Positions 50,988 to 61,325 of a stretch of 64,000 nt of DNA are shown here, one piece after another (the first letter of the stretch is position 1; each line of letters opens with the position of its first letter). The position numbers and the translations under genes were made by a program. The stretch comes from Nitrospirota bacterium (GTDB taxonomy: Bacteria; Nitrospirota; UBA9217), in contig CAWBNQ010000001.1 in NCBI GenBank assembly GCA_963790205.1, forward strand, positions 288,001 through 352,000. The letters are read 5' to 3'. The notes under the pieces are model-generated. The model was not told where the DNA came from, did no database searches, and worked only from the letters and a program-made list of their open reading frames with translations.

Positions 50988-50988
50988 A

Positions 50989-51028
50989 ACGTCGAATGGG
51001 GCCGGAAGCGTCCGGCCCCATTCGACGT
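50989..51028. terminator. Perfect 18-bp hairpin between convergent genes
   Basis: ACGTCGAATGGGGCCGGA-agcg-TCCGGCCCCATTCGACGT; no U-tract. Confidence 0.55.
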
Positions 51029-51222
51029 AAGCACCAAATCTCAAGCATCAAATCCCAAATAAATTTCAAGCCACCAAAAAACAAATTCCAAACGATTGTC
51101 GAATTCCAGGTAACCGTATTCCCGCGGTGCTGATACGAACCTTCATTTGCTGCAGGGAACTTCAATTGAAATTTAGACTTTATTTGGGATTTGCGATTTG
51201 TTATGTGGAATTTGCCCGCATC

Positions 51223-51684
51223 CTATGGCATCTTGAATTCCTTGCCAACGATACGCACCGTGAGCACGGGGCACGGGGCCTTGCGCACGACCTTTTCCGC
51301 AGTGCTGCCGAAGAGCATATGGTCAATACCGGTCCTGCCGTGAGTGCCGATGACGATCAAATCCGTGTCCTTCTCCTTGGCTGTCTTGATGATCTCCACA
51401 AAGGGCACGCCGCGAACGACCAGCTTTTCGACCTCTTTGACTTTTGACGAGACCTCAGTGGCCCACTTGTCCATTTCCTTCCCCGCGCTTTTTTGCATGT
51501 CCTCAACGAGATCGGTCACCGAGAGCGATGAAGGGATGTACCATTCCGCGATACTGATGTCCTGGATGACATAGAGGAGGATGAGTTTGGCCTTGTAGTC
51601 GCGAGCTAAAGAAACGGCATGGTCCATCGCCGCCCGGGCGCCGTTGGAAAAGTCCGTCGGGAACAGAATGGTTTTGATCTGCAT
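51223..51684 (-). CDS. Universal stress protein
   Basis: [15 protein letters not shown]...[16 protein letters not shown]. Confidence 0.95.
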   Translation of the reverse strand: MQIKTILFPTDFSNGARAAMDHAVSLARDYKAKLILLYVIQDISIAEWYIPSSLSVTDLVEDMQKSAGKEMDKWATEVSSKVKEVEKLVVRGVPFVEIIKTAKEKDTDLIVIGTHGRTGIDHMLFGSTAEKVVRKAPCPVLTVRIVGKEFKMP

Positions 51685-52046
51685 GGAAGCCTCCTCGCCC
51701 CTGCTGTCTGTGCTAAGTTCTAAGTTTAGCTCCTGTCCGGCGCGCTGTCAAACGAAATAAGCATGACCGAACGCCCGCTCGTCACCCTACACAGTGTAAT
51801 GGTCCTGCCGCATATCTGCGCGGTGCATTGCGATGATACGTGAATTCCGGAGTGAGCGCATTCCCCGCGGATGCCTATACGAACCTTTATCCGATGCAGG
51901 AAGCTGCAATATTTGCTTGACTGGCAGGCGATGCCTCCCTACAATGGAAGCATCGGTTTTGGGAGCGCTGAATGCGCAGCCCGCCATGCGCGAGCAGTCC
52001 TGTTGTTGCATAACCGTGCAACCACAGGGCGCCAAAGGATCAAGAA

Positions 52047-55000
52047 ATGGACCTGCATCAAATCATCAGTTATCCGCTCTACGCAGGAGGTGTCCTTGAA
52101 ATAATTCTCGGGATCGCTCTTCTCAAGAAGGCGCCTCGCCAGGGCCGGGCCATACAGGCGTGTGCGGGTCTTTTTTTTGCCGCGGCCGCTTTCGTACTGT
52201 TCACGGCCATATCGTATTCTCTCGAAGCCGAGGGACGAGGCTACAACTTCTTCAATCGCGCCTCCTGGATCGGCTGGTTCATGATCCCCGCGGGCCTGCA
52301 GTTCGCCTACTATATGGAGGACGAGAACAGCCCCGCCGCGCGCATCGTAGGCTATGTCCTCTATCCGTTCTGGGGCCTGGTCTTCGCGCTTACCATGCTC
52401 ACCGACCTGGTGGAACCGGGAGACCCGTCGCTGATACCCTTTGTTAGCATCGACGGCCCGCTGGAAAAACCCCTGCGGATCCTCGGCTCCCTCATGGCCA
52501 TATGGCTCCTTGTTGAGCTCTACCGCGCCAAAAACCGGATGAGCGGCAACAAGAAAGCGCAGTTCAACCTGTTCTTTTACGGCACGCTCTTCTTCAACAT
52601 CGGCTGTATCCTGATAGCGGGCGTCCTCCCGCTTTTCTGCGCGATCAACCCGGCGTTTACCGCTTTCTTCAGCCTCCCCTGGGTGGTGATCACGTATTAC
52701 GCGATCACCCGGCACCGGCTCTTCGATCTGCGGCTCCTGGTTTCCCGTGCGCTGAACATTACGATTCCGTCGGTCCTGTTCTCCGCCCTCCATCTTGTCC
52801 TGTTCAAATTATTATCGCCATCCCTCGGAGACTCCCTCGCGATCCTGCTTTCGCTGGCGGTCATCGGGTTGATCTTTTTCGGGACCCGGTTCAGCAGGAC
52901 CGTGCAGCAGTGGGTGCAGAAGCTGGTATTGCAGGACAAGTACGATTACCAAAGCGTCCTCAGGGAGTCCATTAAGGCCCTGGTTACGATCCTGAATCAG
53001 GACGAGCTCCTTGCCTATCTCATTCACAGCATAAAAAAAAGCATGGGCGTCGAGAGCATATGCCTCGCGCTCAAGATGGAGGGAGGCCGGATAGCCCAGC
53101 TCTATGGCGATGGAGCGCTTGCACAGGCGAAGCAGGACCGGCCCTTAAGCGATGACATGATTGAATGGCTGCGCCGGGTCAATCATGTCGTGGTCAGGGA
53201 TGAGCTTGAAAGCATGGAACCACGCGGCGAAAACCGTATGATGCAGGCATACCTGACGGAGCTGGGCGCCGAGATAATCGTGCCCCTGGTCTACAAGGGA
53301 GACATCAAAGGGGTCATCGTGCTGGGGCAGAAAGGGAATGGGGATCCCTATGTGCAGAGCGATATCGACCTTTTGGAATCGCTCGCCGGCCATGCCGCCA
53401 TCGCCATCGAGAATGCACGGTTGTACGAAGAGGCCCGGCGGACGAAAGAATCTTTTCTCGCAAGCGAGTCGAAGTTCCGCACGCTGGCGGACACTGCCGC
53501 CATAGCAATCTTTATCCATCAAGGGGGCAATTTTCTCTATGCGAACCGTACCGCTGAAATCATCGGAGGGTATACGATTGATGAATACCTGACCATGAAT
53601 TTTATGAGCCTGGTCCATCCCGATTATGTGGAAATGATCAAGACCCGGGCACGGGAGCGACTGGCCGGCGGCCAGGCGCCCCCGCAGTACGAATTCAAGA
53701 TCTTGAGGAAAAACGGCGAGGAACGGTGGGTCCTCATGACCGCGGGCGTCACGAATTATGAAGGAAAACCCTCGGTCCTCGGGACCCTCATCGATATCAC
53801 GGCGCGCAAGCTGGCCGAGGAAGAGCGGTACCAGGTGTCCCTGCTGATCGAGAACAGCTCCGACTATATTGCAATGTCGGATATGGACGGGCACATGCTT
53901 TTTGTGAACCAGGCAGGCCGAAAACTCGTGGGGCTCGACAGCAATGCCGACGTGAGAAAATTGACTGCCGACGATTTTTACTTTCCGGAAGATATTCCCG
54001 TGCTCCGGGAGAACAGACTGAATAATGACTGGCGAGGCGAGTTCAGATTAAGGCACTTTAAAACCGGCGCCCCTATCCCCATCGAGTGGTATATTTTTAA
54101 CGTCGCTGACAAAGAAACGGGGAGGCCGATTGCCCGCGCCGCTGTCATGCGCAACATCGCCGATTTGAAGCGCGCCAGGGAAGAACGGGAGCGCTATTAT
54201 CAGGAGCTGCAGGCAGCCACACAGTCCCTCCGGGAGAGTGAAGCCAAATTCAGGACGCTTGCGGAAACCACCACGGCAGCGATCTTCATTCATCAGGGAC
54301 AAAAGCTCGTGTATGCGAACTCAGCCGGCGAAACCATGATCGGCTATACGCGAGAAGAGCTGCTCCAAGAGGATTTTTGGGCGCTGATCCATCCTGACTA
54401 CCAGGAGCTCGCAAAAGTGCGGGGCCAGGCGCGCATGCGGGGAGAGCGCGTGCCGAAGGAATATGAATTCAAATTTTTGAGAAAAAACGGAGAAGAGCGC
54501 TGGGCCGCCACGACCGCAGGAGTCATAGAATATGGCGGAAAACCGGCCATTATTGCGACCCTTTTCGATATAACGGACTGGAAGCGCGCGGAAGAAGCCA
54601 AGGTTAAATTTTACGAGGAGAGCGTCAGGCAGTACCAGGAACGGATCGAAGAAGAGAAAAGACACCGTCTTGAAAAAGAGAAGATCCTCATGGACCTTCA
54701 CGACGGCATCGGCGGCATCACGACGAACATCAGTATTCTTTCGGAACTGGCACAGAAAGCGACGGACGGGGAAACCGTTCAAAAGACCCTTTCTACCATA
54801 TCAAGGCTTTCGCGGGAAGGGATATCCGAGATCCGAAGCTTCATGCACAGCCTCGACAGCAAGGAATTAAACTGGCGTACGCTTGCGGTTGAGTTGAGAA
54901 ACCAGGGCACCAACATGGTCGAGCCCCACAAAATTAAATTTGCGATAGAGACCTCCGTAGAGGACATGCAAGAGCAGCCGGGAAGCCTCATCTGGGTCAA

Positions 55001-55289
55001 TATGTTCAAGATCTATAAAGAGGCGCTGACGAATATCATAAAACATTCGAAGGCCACCTCGGCCAACGTGGCGTTTCGCGCCGGCCGGGACGGCATTTTT
55101 CTTGTTATTGAAGACAACGGAGTCGGTGTGCAGGGCGGCAGGACCGGCGGCAGGGGGCTGTCCCATATGAAAACGAGGGCCGGGGAAATAGGCGGAACAA
55201 TAATCATTGCCGCCGACCGGGGCACCCGGGTGAGCTTTGAGCTTCCCTTACCCTTAAAATACCCCGCTGAGGGTATGGTAATACAATAA
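52047..55289 (+). CDS. Membrane sensor histidine kinase (multi-TM, GAF, 3 PAS, HisKA_3)
   Basis: AIAIENARLY, PAS repeats, MDLHDGIG, EALTNIIKH, DNGVG. Confidence 0.93.
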   Translation: MDLHQIISYPLYAGGVLEIILGIALLKKAPRQGRAIQACAGLFFAAAAFVLFTAISYSLEAEGRGYNFFNRASWIGWFMIPAGLQFAYYMEDENSPAARIVGYVLYPFWGLVFALTMLTDLVEPGDPSLIPFVSIDGPLEKPLRILGSLMAIWLLVELYRAKNRMSGNKKAQFNLFFYGTLFFNIGCILIAGVLPLFCAINPAFTAFFSLPWVVITYYAITRHRLFDLRLLVSRALNITIPSVLFSALHLVLFKLLSPSLGDSLAILLSLAVIGLIFFGTRFSRTVQQWVQKLVLQDKYDYQSVLRESIKALVTILNQDELLAYLIHSIKKSMGVESICLALKMEGGRIAQLYGDGALAQAKQDRPLSDDMIEWLRRVNHVVVRDELESMEPRGENRMMQAYLTELGAEIIVPLVYKGDIKGVIVLGQKGNGDPYVQSDIDLLESLAGHAAIAIENARLYEEARRTKESFLASESKFRTLADTAAIAIFIHQGGNFLYANRTAEIIGGYTIDEYLTMNFMSLVHPDYVEMIKTRARERLAGGQAPPQYEFKILRKNGEERWVLMTAGVTNYEGKPSVLGTLIDITARKLAEEERYQVSLLIENSSDYIAMSDMDGHMLFVNQAGRKLVGLDSNADVRKLTADDFYFPEDIPVLRENRLNNDWRGEFRLRHFKTGAPIPIEWYIFNVADKETGRPIARAAVMRNIADLKRAREERERYYQELQAATQSLRESEAKFRTLAETTTAAIFIHQGQKLVYANSAGETMIGYTREELLQEDFWALIHPDYQELAKVRGQARMRGERVPKEYEFKFLRKNGEERWAATTAGVIEYGGKPAIIATLFDITDWKRAEEAKVKFYEESVRQYQERIEEEKRHRLEKEKILMDLHDGIGGITTNISILSELAQKATDGETVQKTLSTISRLSREGISEIRSFMHSLDSKELNWRTLAVELRNQGTNMVEPHKIKFAIETSVEDMQEQPGSLIWVNMFKIYKEALTNIIKHSKATSANVAFRAGRDGIFLVIEDNGVGVQGGRTGGRGLSHMKTRAGEIGGTIIIAADRGTRVSFELPLPLKYPAEGMVIQ

Positions 55290-55311
55290 ATTTTATGCTA
55301 AAGTGATCGTT

Positions 55312-55935
55312 ATGAAACTCATAATTGTCGAAGATGACCCCATTTTGCTTGAAAGCCTTAAACTGATCCTGGGCGGCGAGGCGGGGATAACCGTTGCCGG
55401 CGCCTTCAGCAGCGCGGAAGATGCATTGCGCGCGCTCAGGAAATCATCACCGGACGTCATGCTGACCGATCTCGGCCTGCCCGGCATGTCGGGGATAGAG
55501 CTTATCAAAAAAGCGAAAGACGACATGCCGTCGCTTGAGATCATGACACACACGGTCTTCGAAGACCGGGAAAACGTATTTGCCGCGATAAAAGCGGGGG
55601 CTTCGGGCTATATCCTTAAGGGCAGCAGCCCGCGGGAAATCGTGGAGGCAATCCACGAAATCCACAAGGGTGGCGCTCCCATGAGCCCGAAAATCGCCAG
55701 GAAGGTAATCCATGAGTTTCAGGATGAGAATGCAGAGGACCAGTATATCTTAAGCCAGCGGGAACGGGATATCGTCAAGTGCATCGAGCAGGGGCTCACC
55801 TATAAGGAAATATCCCTGCGACTCAAGATCAGCTCTCATACGGTACATACCCATATAAAAAATATCTACGAAAAACTCCAGGCCAAAGACCGGGGTGAAG
55901 CCCTTGTTAAGGCAAGAAAAACAGGAATTATCTAA
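55312..55935 (+). CDS. NarL/LuxR family response regulator
   Basis: REC plus LSQRE...TVHTHIKNIYEKL HTH. Confidence 0.95.
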   Translation: MKLIIVEDDPILLESLKLILGGEAGITVAGAFSSAEDALRALRKSSPDVMLTDLGLPGMSGIELIKKAKDDMPSLEIMTHTVFEDRENVFAAIKAGASGYILKGSSPREIVEAIHEIHKGGAPMSPKIARKVIHEFQDENAEDQYILSQRERDIVKCIEQGLTYKEISLRLKISSHTVHTHIKNIYEKLQAKDRGEALVKARKTGII

Positions 55936-56181
55936 CCGACGCATCCTCCTCCGCAGTTTAATCCGCCCCCGGACATCAATCGGCAGCCGCAGCAAACCCC
56001 TGGTTTTTCAATGATTCCCCTGATACCCTGAAAATACCCCGACCCGGCGATTTACATTCGCCGCCAGAGAGAGTAATAATTTCGACAGGCTGGTGGGGTG
56101 TGCTGAATCCATACCTGCCGCTTATCGTGCGACAGCCAGGAGTATGGCTACTGTCAGGCTGTTGATGTGCCGGAGGAGCTT

Positions 56182-56391
56182 ATGAAGCCAATCGAGAATA
56201 TTGACAACATTCAAAGAGAAATACGAGGAACAAGCCTGGAAAATTATCTTCTCATGGATGAACAAGAGAAGGATGTTGAAATCCAGAAAGCTGTCGCCCG
56301 TCTTCAAAAGCGTATTCAAGAAATACTGTATATACTCGAAAAGGACATGCCCCACGCGGGTGGTGTGAACGCCGGGAAGAAAAGCGGATAG
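56182..56391 (+). CDS. Small hypothetical protein
   Basis: GGAGG SD, 69-aa coiled-coil-like ORF. Confidence 0.55.
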   Translation: MKPIENIDNIQREIRGTSLENYLLMDEQEKDVEIQKAVARLQKRIQEILYILEKDMPHAGGVNAGKKSG

Positions 56392-56647
56392 CCTCCCGTC
56401 CCAGAGAGCACGCAGCCTTCCAGCACACCCCCTCCTGAGCAGACGCGGGACGAATCCGCCTGTTCTGCCAATGCCCTGCCTGCTACCCGTGATACGGTTT
56501 TGCCGCCTGATATGTCCCGCAGGAAGCGACAATGTAATCACGGTATGCCCGCCATCACGACCGTTCAAAAATACCACCCTGCGCTGCAAGTACCGACGCA
56601 AAGGTCAAAAAAGACAGTTATGCGCCCACCCGCGCGGAAAAAAGTGA

Positions 56648-56676
56648 TTGACAATTTTTTCTCAGGCTGTTATAAA
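56648..56676 (+). promoter_or_regulatory. sigma70 promoter for ilvE
   Basis: TTGACA, 17 bp, TATAAA; ATG 10 nt downstream. Confidence 0.7.
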
Positions 56677-56685
56677 TGTCGCTCT

Positions 56686-57627
56686 ATGCTTCAGGCCACC
56701 GAGAAAATATGGATGAACGGCTCGTTCGTGAAGTGGGACGAGGCCAAGGTGCATATCCTGACGCACTCGCTCCACTACGGCACCGGGGTTTTTGAGGGCA
56801 TCCGCTGCTACAAGACCGATGCCGGTCCGGCGGTATTCAGGCTTCAGGAGCATGTGGACCGGCTCTTCGACTCGTCCCACATCCTGCAGATGCAGATCCC
56901 GTTCAACCGCGAGGCCGTGGCCGAGGCAATTCTTGAAACCATCCGTGTGAACAAGATCGACGCGTGCTACATTCGGCCCCTCGTCCACATCGGCTACGGC
57001 GCCATGGGGGTCTTTCCCAAGGAGAATCCTGTTCAGGTCTCCATCGCCGTCTGGCCCTGGGGCAGCTATCTCGGTGAAGAGGGGCTCAAGAACGGCATCC
57101 GCGTCAAGATTTCGTCCTTCATCCGCCCCCACGTGAATGCCACCATGGTGCGTTCCAAGACCACGGCCAATTATGCAAACTCGCTCCTGGCGAAGCGCGA
57201 AGCGCTCAAAGACGGCTACGACGAGGCCATGCTGCTCGATACCGACGGCTACGTTGCCGAGGGGAGCGGCGAGAACGTATTCATGGTGCGGAAGGGACTG
57301 ATCAAGACGCCGCCGCTCACCTCCATCCTTGAAGGCATCACGCGGGACACGATCATGCAGCTCGCCACGGAGCGCGGCATGCGCCTTGTGGAAGAGCGTT
57401 TCACCCGGGACGAACTCTATATCGCCGACGAAGCGTTCTTTACCGGCACGGCGGCGGAGATCACGCCGATCCGGGAAGTCGACAACCGGCAGATCGGAAA
57501 AGGCAAGCCCGGCCCGGTCACGGAAGAGCTTCAAGCCACGTTTTTCGACATCGTGCACGGGCGGGACAGCCGGCATGCAGACTGGCTCACGTACGTATCT
57601 GCAAAGCAGCCGGCGATGAAGAAATAA
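56686..57627 (+). CDS. ilvE: Branched-chain amino acid aminotransferase
   Basis: [31 protein letters not shown]. Confidence 0.95.
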   Translation: MLQATEKIWMNGSFVKWDEAKVHILTHSLHYGTGVFEGIRCYKTDAGPAVFRLQEHVDRLFDSSHILQMQIPFNREAVAEAILETIRVNKIDACYIRPLVHIGYGAMGVFPKENPVQVSIAVWPWGSYLGEEGLKNGIRVKISSFIRPHVNATMVRSKTTANYANSLLAKREALKDGYDEAMLLDTDGYVAEGSGENVFMVRKGLIKTPPLTSILEGITRDTIMQLATERGMRLVEERFTRDELYIADEAFFTGTAAEITPIREVDNRQIGKGKPGPVTEELQATFFDIVHGRDSRHADWLTYVSAKQPAMKK

Positions 57628-57734
57628 TATCTCTGCCACAGGGCACCCGGAGGTCACAGAGATAAAAATCAAGATTGTTAATCCGGTTTTCTCCGTGTTC
57701 CCTGTGAACTCTGTGCCAAAGCGTTTTAACAAGT

Positions 57735-57819
57735 GCCGAAGTGGTGGAATTGGTAGACACGCACGTTTGAGGGGCGTGTGGGGCAACCCATGGGGGTTCG
57801 AGTCCCCCCTTCGGCACCA
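57735..57819 (+). tRNA. tRNA-Leu (anticodon GAG)
   Basis: GCCGAAG/CTTCGGC acceptor, long variable arm, GGTTCGAGT T-loop, encoded CCA. Confidence 0.97.
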
Positions 57820-57875
57820 TTTTTTTCCGCCTCCGGCAGCGCGGCACGCCATCTCGTTTTCCTGAATTCATCAGA

Positions 57876-59495
57876 ATGAAAACTCACCTCTCTATAGCGA
57901 CAAGAGGCTTAATCCTCTGCATGGTTCTTTTGCTTCCTGCCGCATCATTCTCCCAGGAACCCGTCAGCAATACTCCTCTCGGCATTATTTCCGTACCGCT
58001 CGCAAACGTGCATCAAGAACCGTTGCCCAAATCCGGCCTGGTGACGCAGGTGCTCATGGCCGACGAGGTGCGCATCCTTGAGAAGCAGGACTACCGCTAC
58101 CGGATCTCCATTCCGGACCAGGACAATGTCGAGGGCTGGATCCAGCAGGAGGCTGTTTATATTCCGAAGGACAAGGGCCGCCACTATCTCAACCCCGAGC
58201 GCTCCTGGATCGTGATCGCCGTGCCCAAGACAGAAGCGCTTATCCTCGACAAGACCGGCGATCACAAGGTCCCGCTCTACGCAGGAACGCAACTTCCGGT
58301 GCTCGAAAGAAAACCGGACGGTCTCAAGGTGCAGTTTCCTGACCGGTCCGTCGCGATCATCAAATCCGCCGACACAATGGCTGTAAAGCCCTCAGACCCG
58401 CTTGCCAATGACACCACTCCAGAAGATATCGCAAAGACGGCGCGAAAGTTCCAGGGCGTGCGCAATCTGGCGGGCGGCCTTACGGCACAGGGCATGGATA
58501 CTCGCGGCCTCATCTATATCGTCTACCGGATATACGGCATACCCATCGGGACAGAACGGGCGTCGTTTCAGACGACGGCCGAAAAAATAAATAAAAAGGA
58601 CCTCCATCCGGGCGATGTCCTTGTATTTTACGGCGAGAGCGAGGGCCTCTTCCTTGGAAACGGCAGGTTCCTTCAGTCTTCGAAAAAACATGCTGTCCAG
58701 GTCGCGGGCATTCATGACCGGAGGTATGCCAACGCTTTGCAGTACGGGCTGAGGATAATCGGCGCAGACCCGGATCAGCACAAGAGGCCGGCCGAGATGA
58801 CGGCGGATGAAATTCTTCTCACCCAAGCGAGGATCGCGCGGCTTTCTCTCGGTAAACGCATCTCCTACTGGGCCGGCCGTTTCATCGGCACACCCTACGA
58901 TCCCGATCCGCTCGGGTTGTATGTCCGCACGAACCGCATTGTTGCCGACGAGAAGGCAGACTGCATGTATCACGTCTTTCGGTCCGTCGAGCTCGCCCAA
59001 AGCAGCACGCCCGGCGAGGCAATCGACAAGGCGCTTGATCTTCGGTTCATGACCAAGGGGACGCTCGTCGACGGTCTTGTCACGAACTACGACCAGCGCT
59101 TTCAGTACGGCGAGGACATGGTCTACAGCGGCAAGTGGGGCAAAAATATCACCGCAGAGCTCGGCAGGACAAAGAAAATCGCAGGTTCTCGCGGCAGGGA
59201 CGAGGTAGATATCCTGCCGAAGAACGTCCTCGCAACGCGGGCCCTCCAGAAAAAGCTTCAGGATGGCGATATCGTCTACTGGGTCAAGGACCCGAAGAAG
59301 CGCGCTGTCGAAGAGATCGTGGCACATCTCTCCATTGTGCACATGAAAGCCGGCAAACCTTACGTGATCCACGCTGCAGGCGACAAAGACCGCGCGGACC
59401 GTCCGGGCGGCGGAGCGGTCAAGGAAGTCCTGTTCGCCGACTATGTGCGAAACATGCGCTTCGTCGGCGCCTTCGTGACCCGGTTCGAGCAGTAG
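57876..59495 (+). CDS. Secreted SH3 + degenerate NlpC/P60 + DUF1460-like cell-wall hydrolase
   Basis: Signal peptide, SH3-like repeats, GMDTRGL...LHPGDVLVF, then FIGTPY...ADCMYHV...HLSI...IHA. Confidence 0.75.
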   Translation: MKTHLSIATRGLILCMVLLLPAASFSQEPVSNTPLGIISVPLANVHQEPLPKSGLVTQVLMADEVRILEKQDYRYRISIPDQDNVEGWIQQEAVYIPKDKGRHYLNPERSWIVIAVPKTEALILDKTGDHKVPLYAGTQLPVLERKPDGLKVQFPDRSVAIIKSADTMAVKPSDPLANDTTPEDIAKTARKFQGVRNLAGGLTAQGMDTRGLIYIVYRIYGIPIGTERASFQTTAEKINKKDLHPGDVLVFYGESEGLFLGNGRFLQSSKKHAVQVAGIHDRRYANALQYGLRIIGADPDQHKRPAEMTADEILLTQARIARLSLGKRISYWAGRFIGTPYDPDPLGLYVRTNRIVADEKADCMYHVFRSVELAQSSTPGEAIDKALDLRFMTKGTLVDGLVTNYDQRFQYGEDMVYSGKWGKNITAELGRTKKIAGSRGRDEVDILPKNVLATRALQKKLQDGDIVYWVKDPKKRAVEEIVAHLSIVHMKAGKPYVIHAAGDKDRADRPGGGAVKEVLFADYVRNMRFVGAFVTRFEQ

Positions 59496-59672
59496 GCCTT
59501 TCCCGACGCGGATTGTCCTCACTTTCAGTTTGACATTTCCGCAACTTCTCTGTTATCCTCTGTCATATAATACGGTAGTCAGACCGGCGTCGGAAACCAG
59601 AAGTCGTACGGAATGTTCCTCTTCTGGTTTTCACTCCGCACTCCGTATTCCGCAACTCTTCAAAGGAGCCCC

Positions 59673-61206
59673 ATGCTCTCCAAAGTCATCAGTTCGGCAG
59701 TACTTGGCATCGACGCCTATTCTGTTGAAGTTGAAGTTGATATTGCGAGCAGGGGACTTCCCTTCTTCTCCACCGTGGGACTGCCCGACGCCGCCGTGAA
59801 AGAGAGCAAGGAGCGGGTAAGGGCCGCTCTCAAGAACACGGGCTTCGATTTCCCCTTGAAACAGGTCGTCGTGAACCTGGCGCCTGCGGACATCAAAAAA
59901 GAAGGCTCGGCCTTCGACCTTCCCATCGCCGTCGGGATGCTCATTGCCGAAGGCGTCCTGACCCAGGAGATGGTGAACGGCTTTCTCCTCGTGGGCGAGC
60001 TCTCGCTCGACGGCCGGGTCAAGCCCGTTCGCGGGCGCGCTCTCCATGGCCGTGCTTGCGAAGAAGGCAGGCTACCGCGGCATGGTGATCCCGGCGGACA
60101 ATGCCGAGGAGGCGGCCGTCGTCGAATCGGTGCCCATTTACGGCATGCAGACCCTGCCGCAGGTGGTGGAGTTCCTCTCCGGGAATGCCCTTGCCGAGCC
60201 CGTGCACATCAACATCCAGAGCGCCTTCGAAACCTACTCCGCGTACCAGGAGGATTTCTTCGAGGTAAAAGGACAGGAGCACGCCAAGCGCGCCATCGAG
60301 GTCGCCGCGGCGGGCGGGCACAACATCATCATGATCGGCCCGCCGGGCTCGGGCAAGACCATGCTCGCGCGAAGACTGCCGACCGTGCTTCCGCAGATGA
60401 GCTTCGACGAGTCGATCGAGACCACGAAGATCCACAGCATCATGGGCCTCCTCAGGAAAGGCCAGCCGCTCATCGCGACGCGCCCCTATCGTTCGCCGCA
60501 TCATACGATCTCCGATGCGGGCTTGATCGGAGGCGGCCAGATCCCGAAACCCGGAGAGGTGAGCCTGTCGCACAACGGCGTCCTCTTTCTGGACGAGCTG
60601 CCGGAATTCAAGCGAAATGTGCTCGAGGCGCTCCGCCAGCCGCTTGAAGACGGCCAGGTCACGATCTCCCGGGCCATAACGTCGCTTACCTATCCCGCGT
60701 CACTGATGCTGGTTGCCGCCATGAACCCCTGCAAATGCGGGTTCCACGGAGACCCCTTCCATCAGTGCCTCTGCACGCCTCACCAGATCCAGACCTACCG
60801 CTCCAAAGTCTCGGGCCCGCTCATGGACCGGATCGACATCCATATCGAAGTGCCGGCGATAAAATTCAACGAGATCTCCTCCGACACGCAAGGCGAGCCG
60901 TCGTCGTCCATCCGCCAGCGCGTGACGGGCGCCCGCGCCATCCAGCAGGAACGGTTCAGGAGCGACGGCATCTACGCGAACGCGCATATGAAGCCGCGGC
61001 ACATCAGAAAATACTGCAAGATCGACGCTGACTGCCAGGCCCTCATGGAAGCCGCCATGAACCGCCTGGGGCTTTCGGCCCGCGCGTATAACCGCGTCTT
61101 GAAGGTCGCCCGCACCATCGCGGACATCGAGGGCAGCGGCCGGATCGCGTCCGAACATGTCTCCGAGGCGATCCAGTACCGGAGCCTGGACAGGAGGGTG
61201 AGCTGA
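59673..61206 (+). CDS. comM: YifB/ComM Mg-chelatase-like AAA ATPase (apparent +1 frameshift near 60034)
   Basis: [36 protein letters not shown]. Confidence 0.9.
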
Positions 61207-61258
61207 AGTCCGTACCGGGCGCCTCGCCACCGCTTCCTTCCCGCACTGAAGATTCCTG

Positions 61259-61287
61259 TTGACATGGTTTCCCCGGACAGGTAGTAT
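61259..61287 (+). promoter_or_regulatory. sigma70 promoter for the MBOAT gene
   Basis: TTGACA, 17 bp, TAGTAT. Confidence 0.6.
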
Positions 61288-61325
61288 CCTGAAAAAAATC
61301 AACCATTCCCGCGGTTGTCCTCTCT

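Noticed and set aside
57735..57875. tRNA-anchored integrated island
   Set aside because: No duplicated tRNA 3' end and no adjacent integrase seen.
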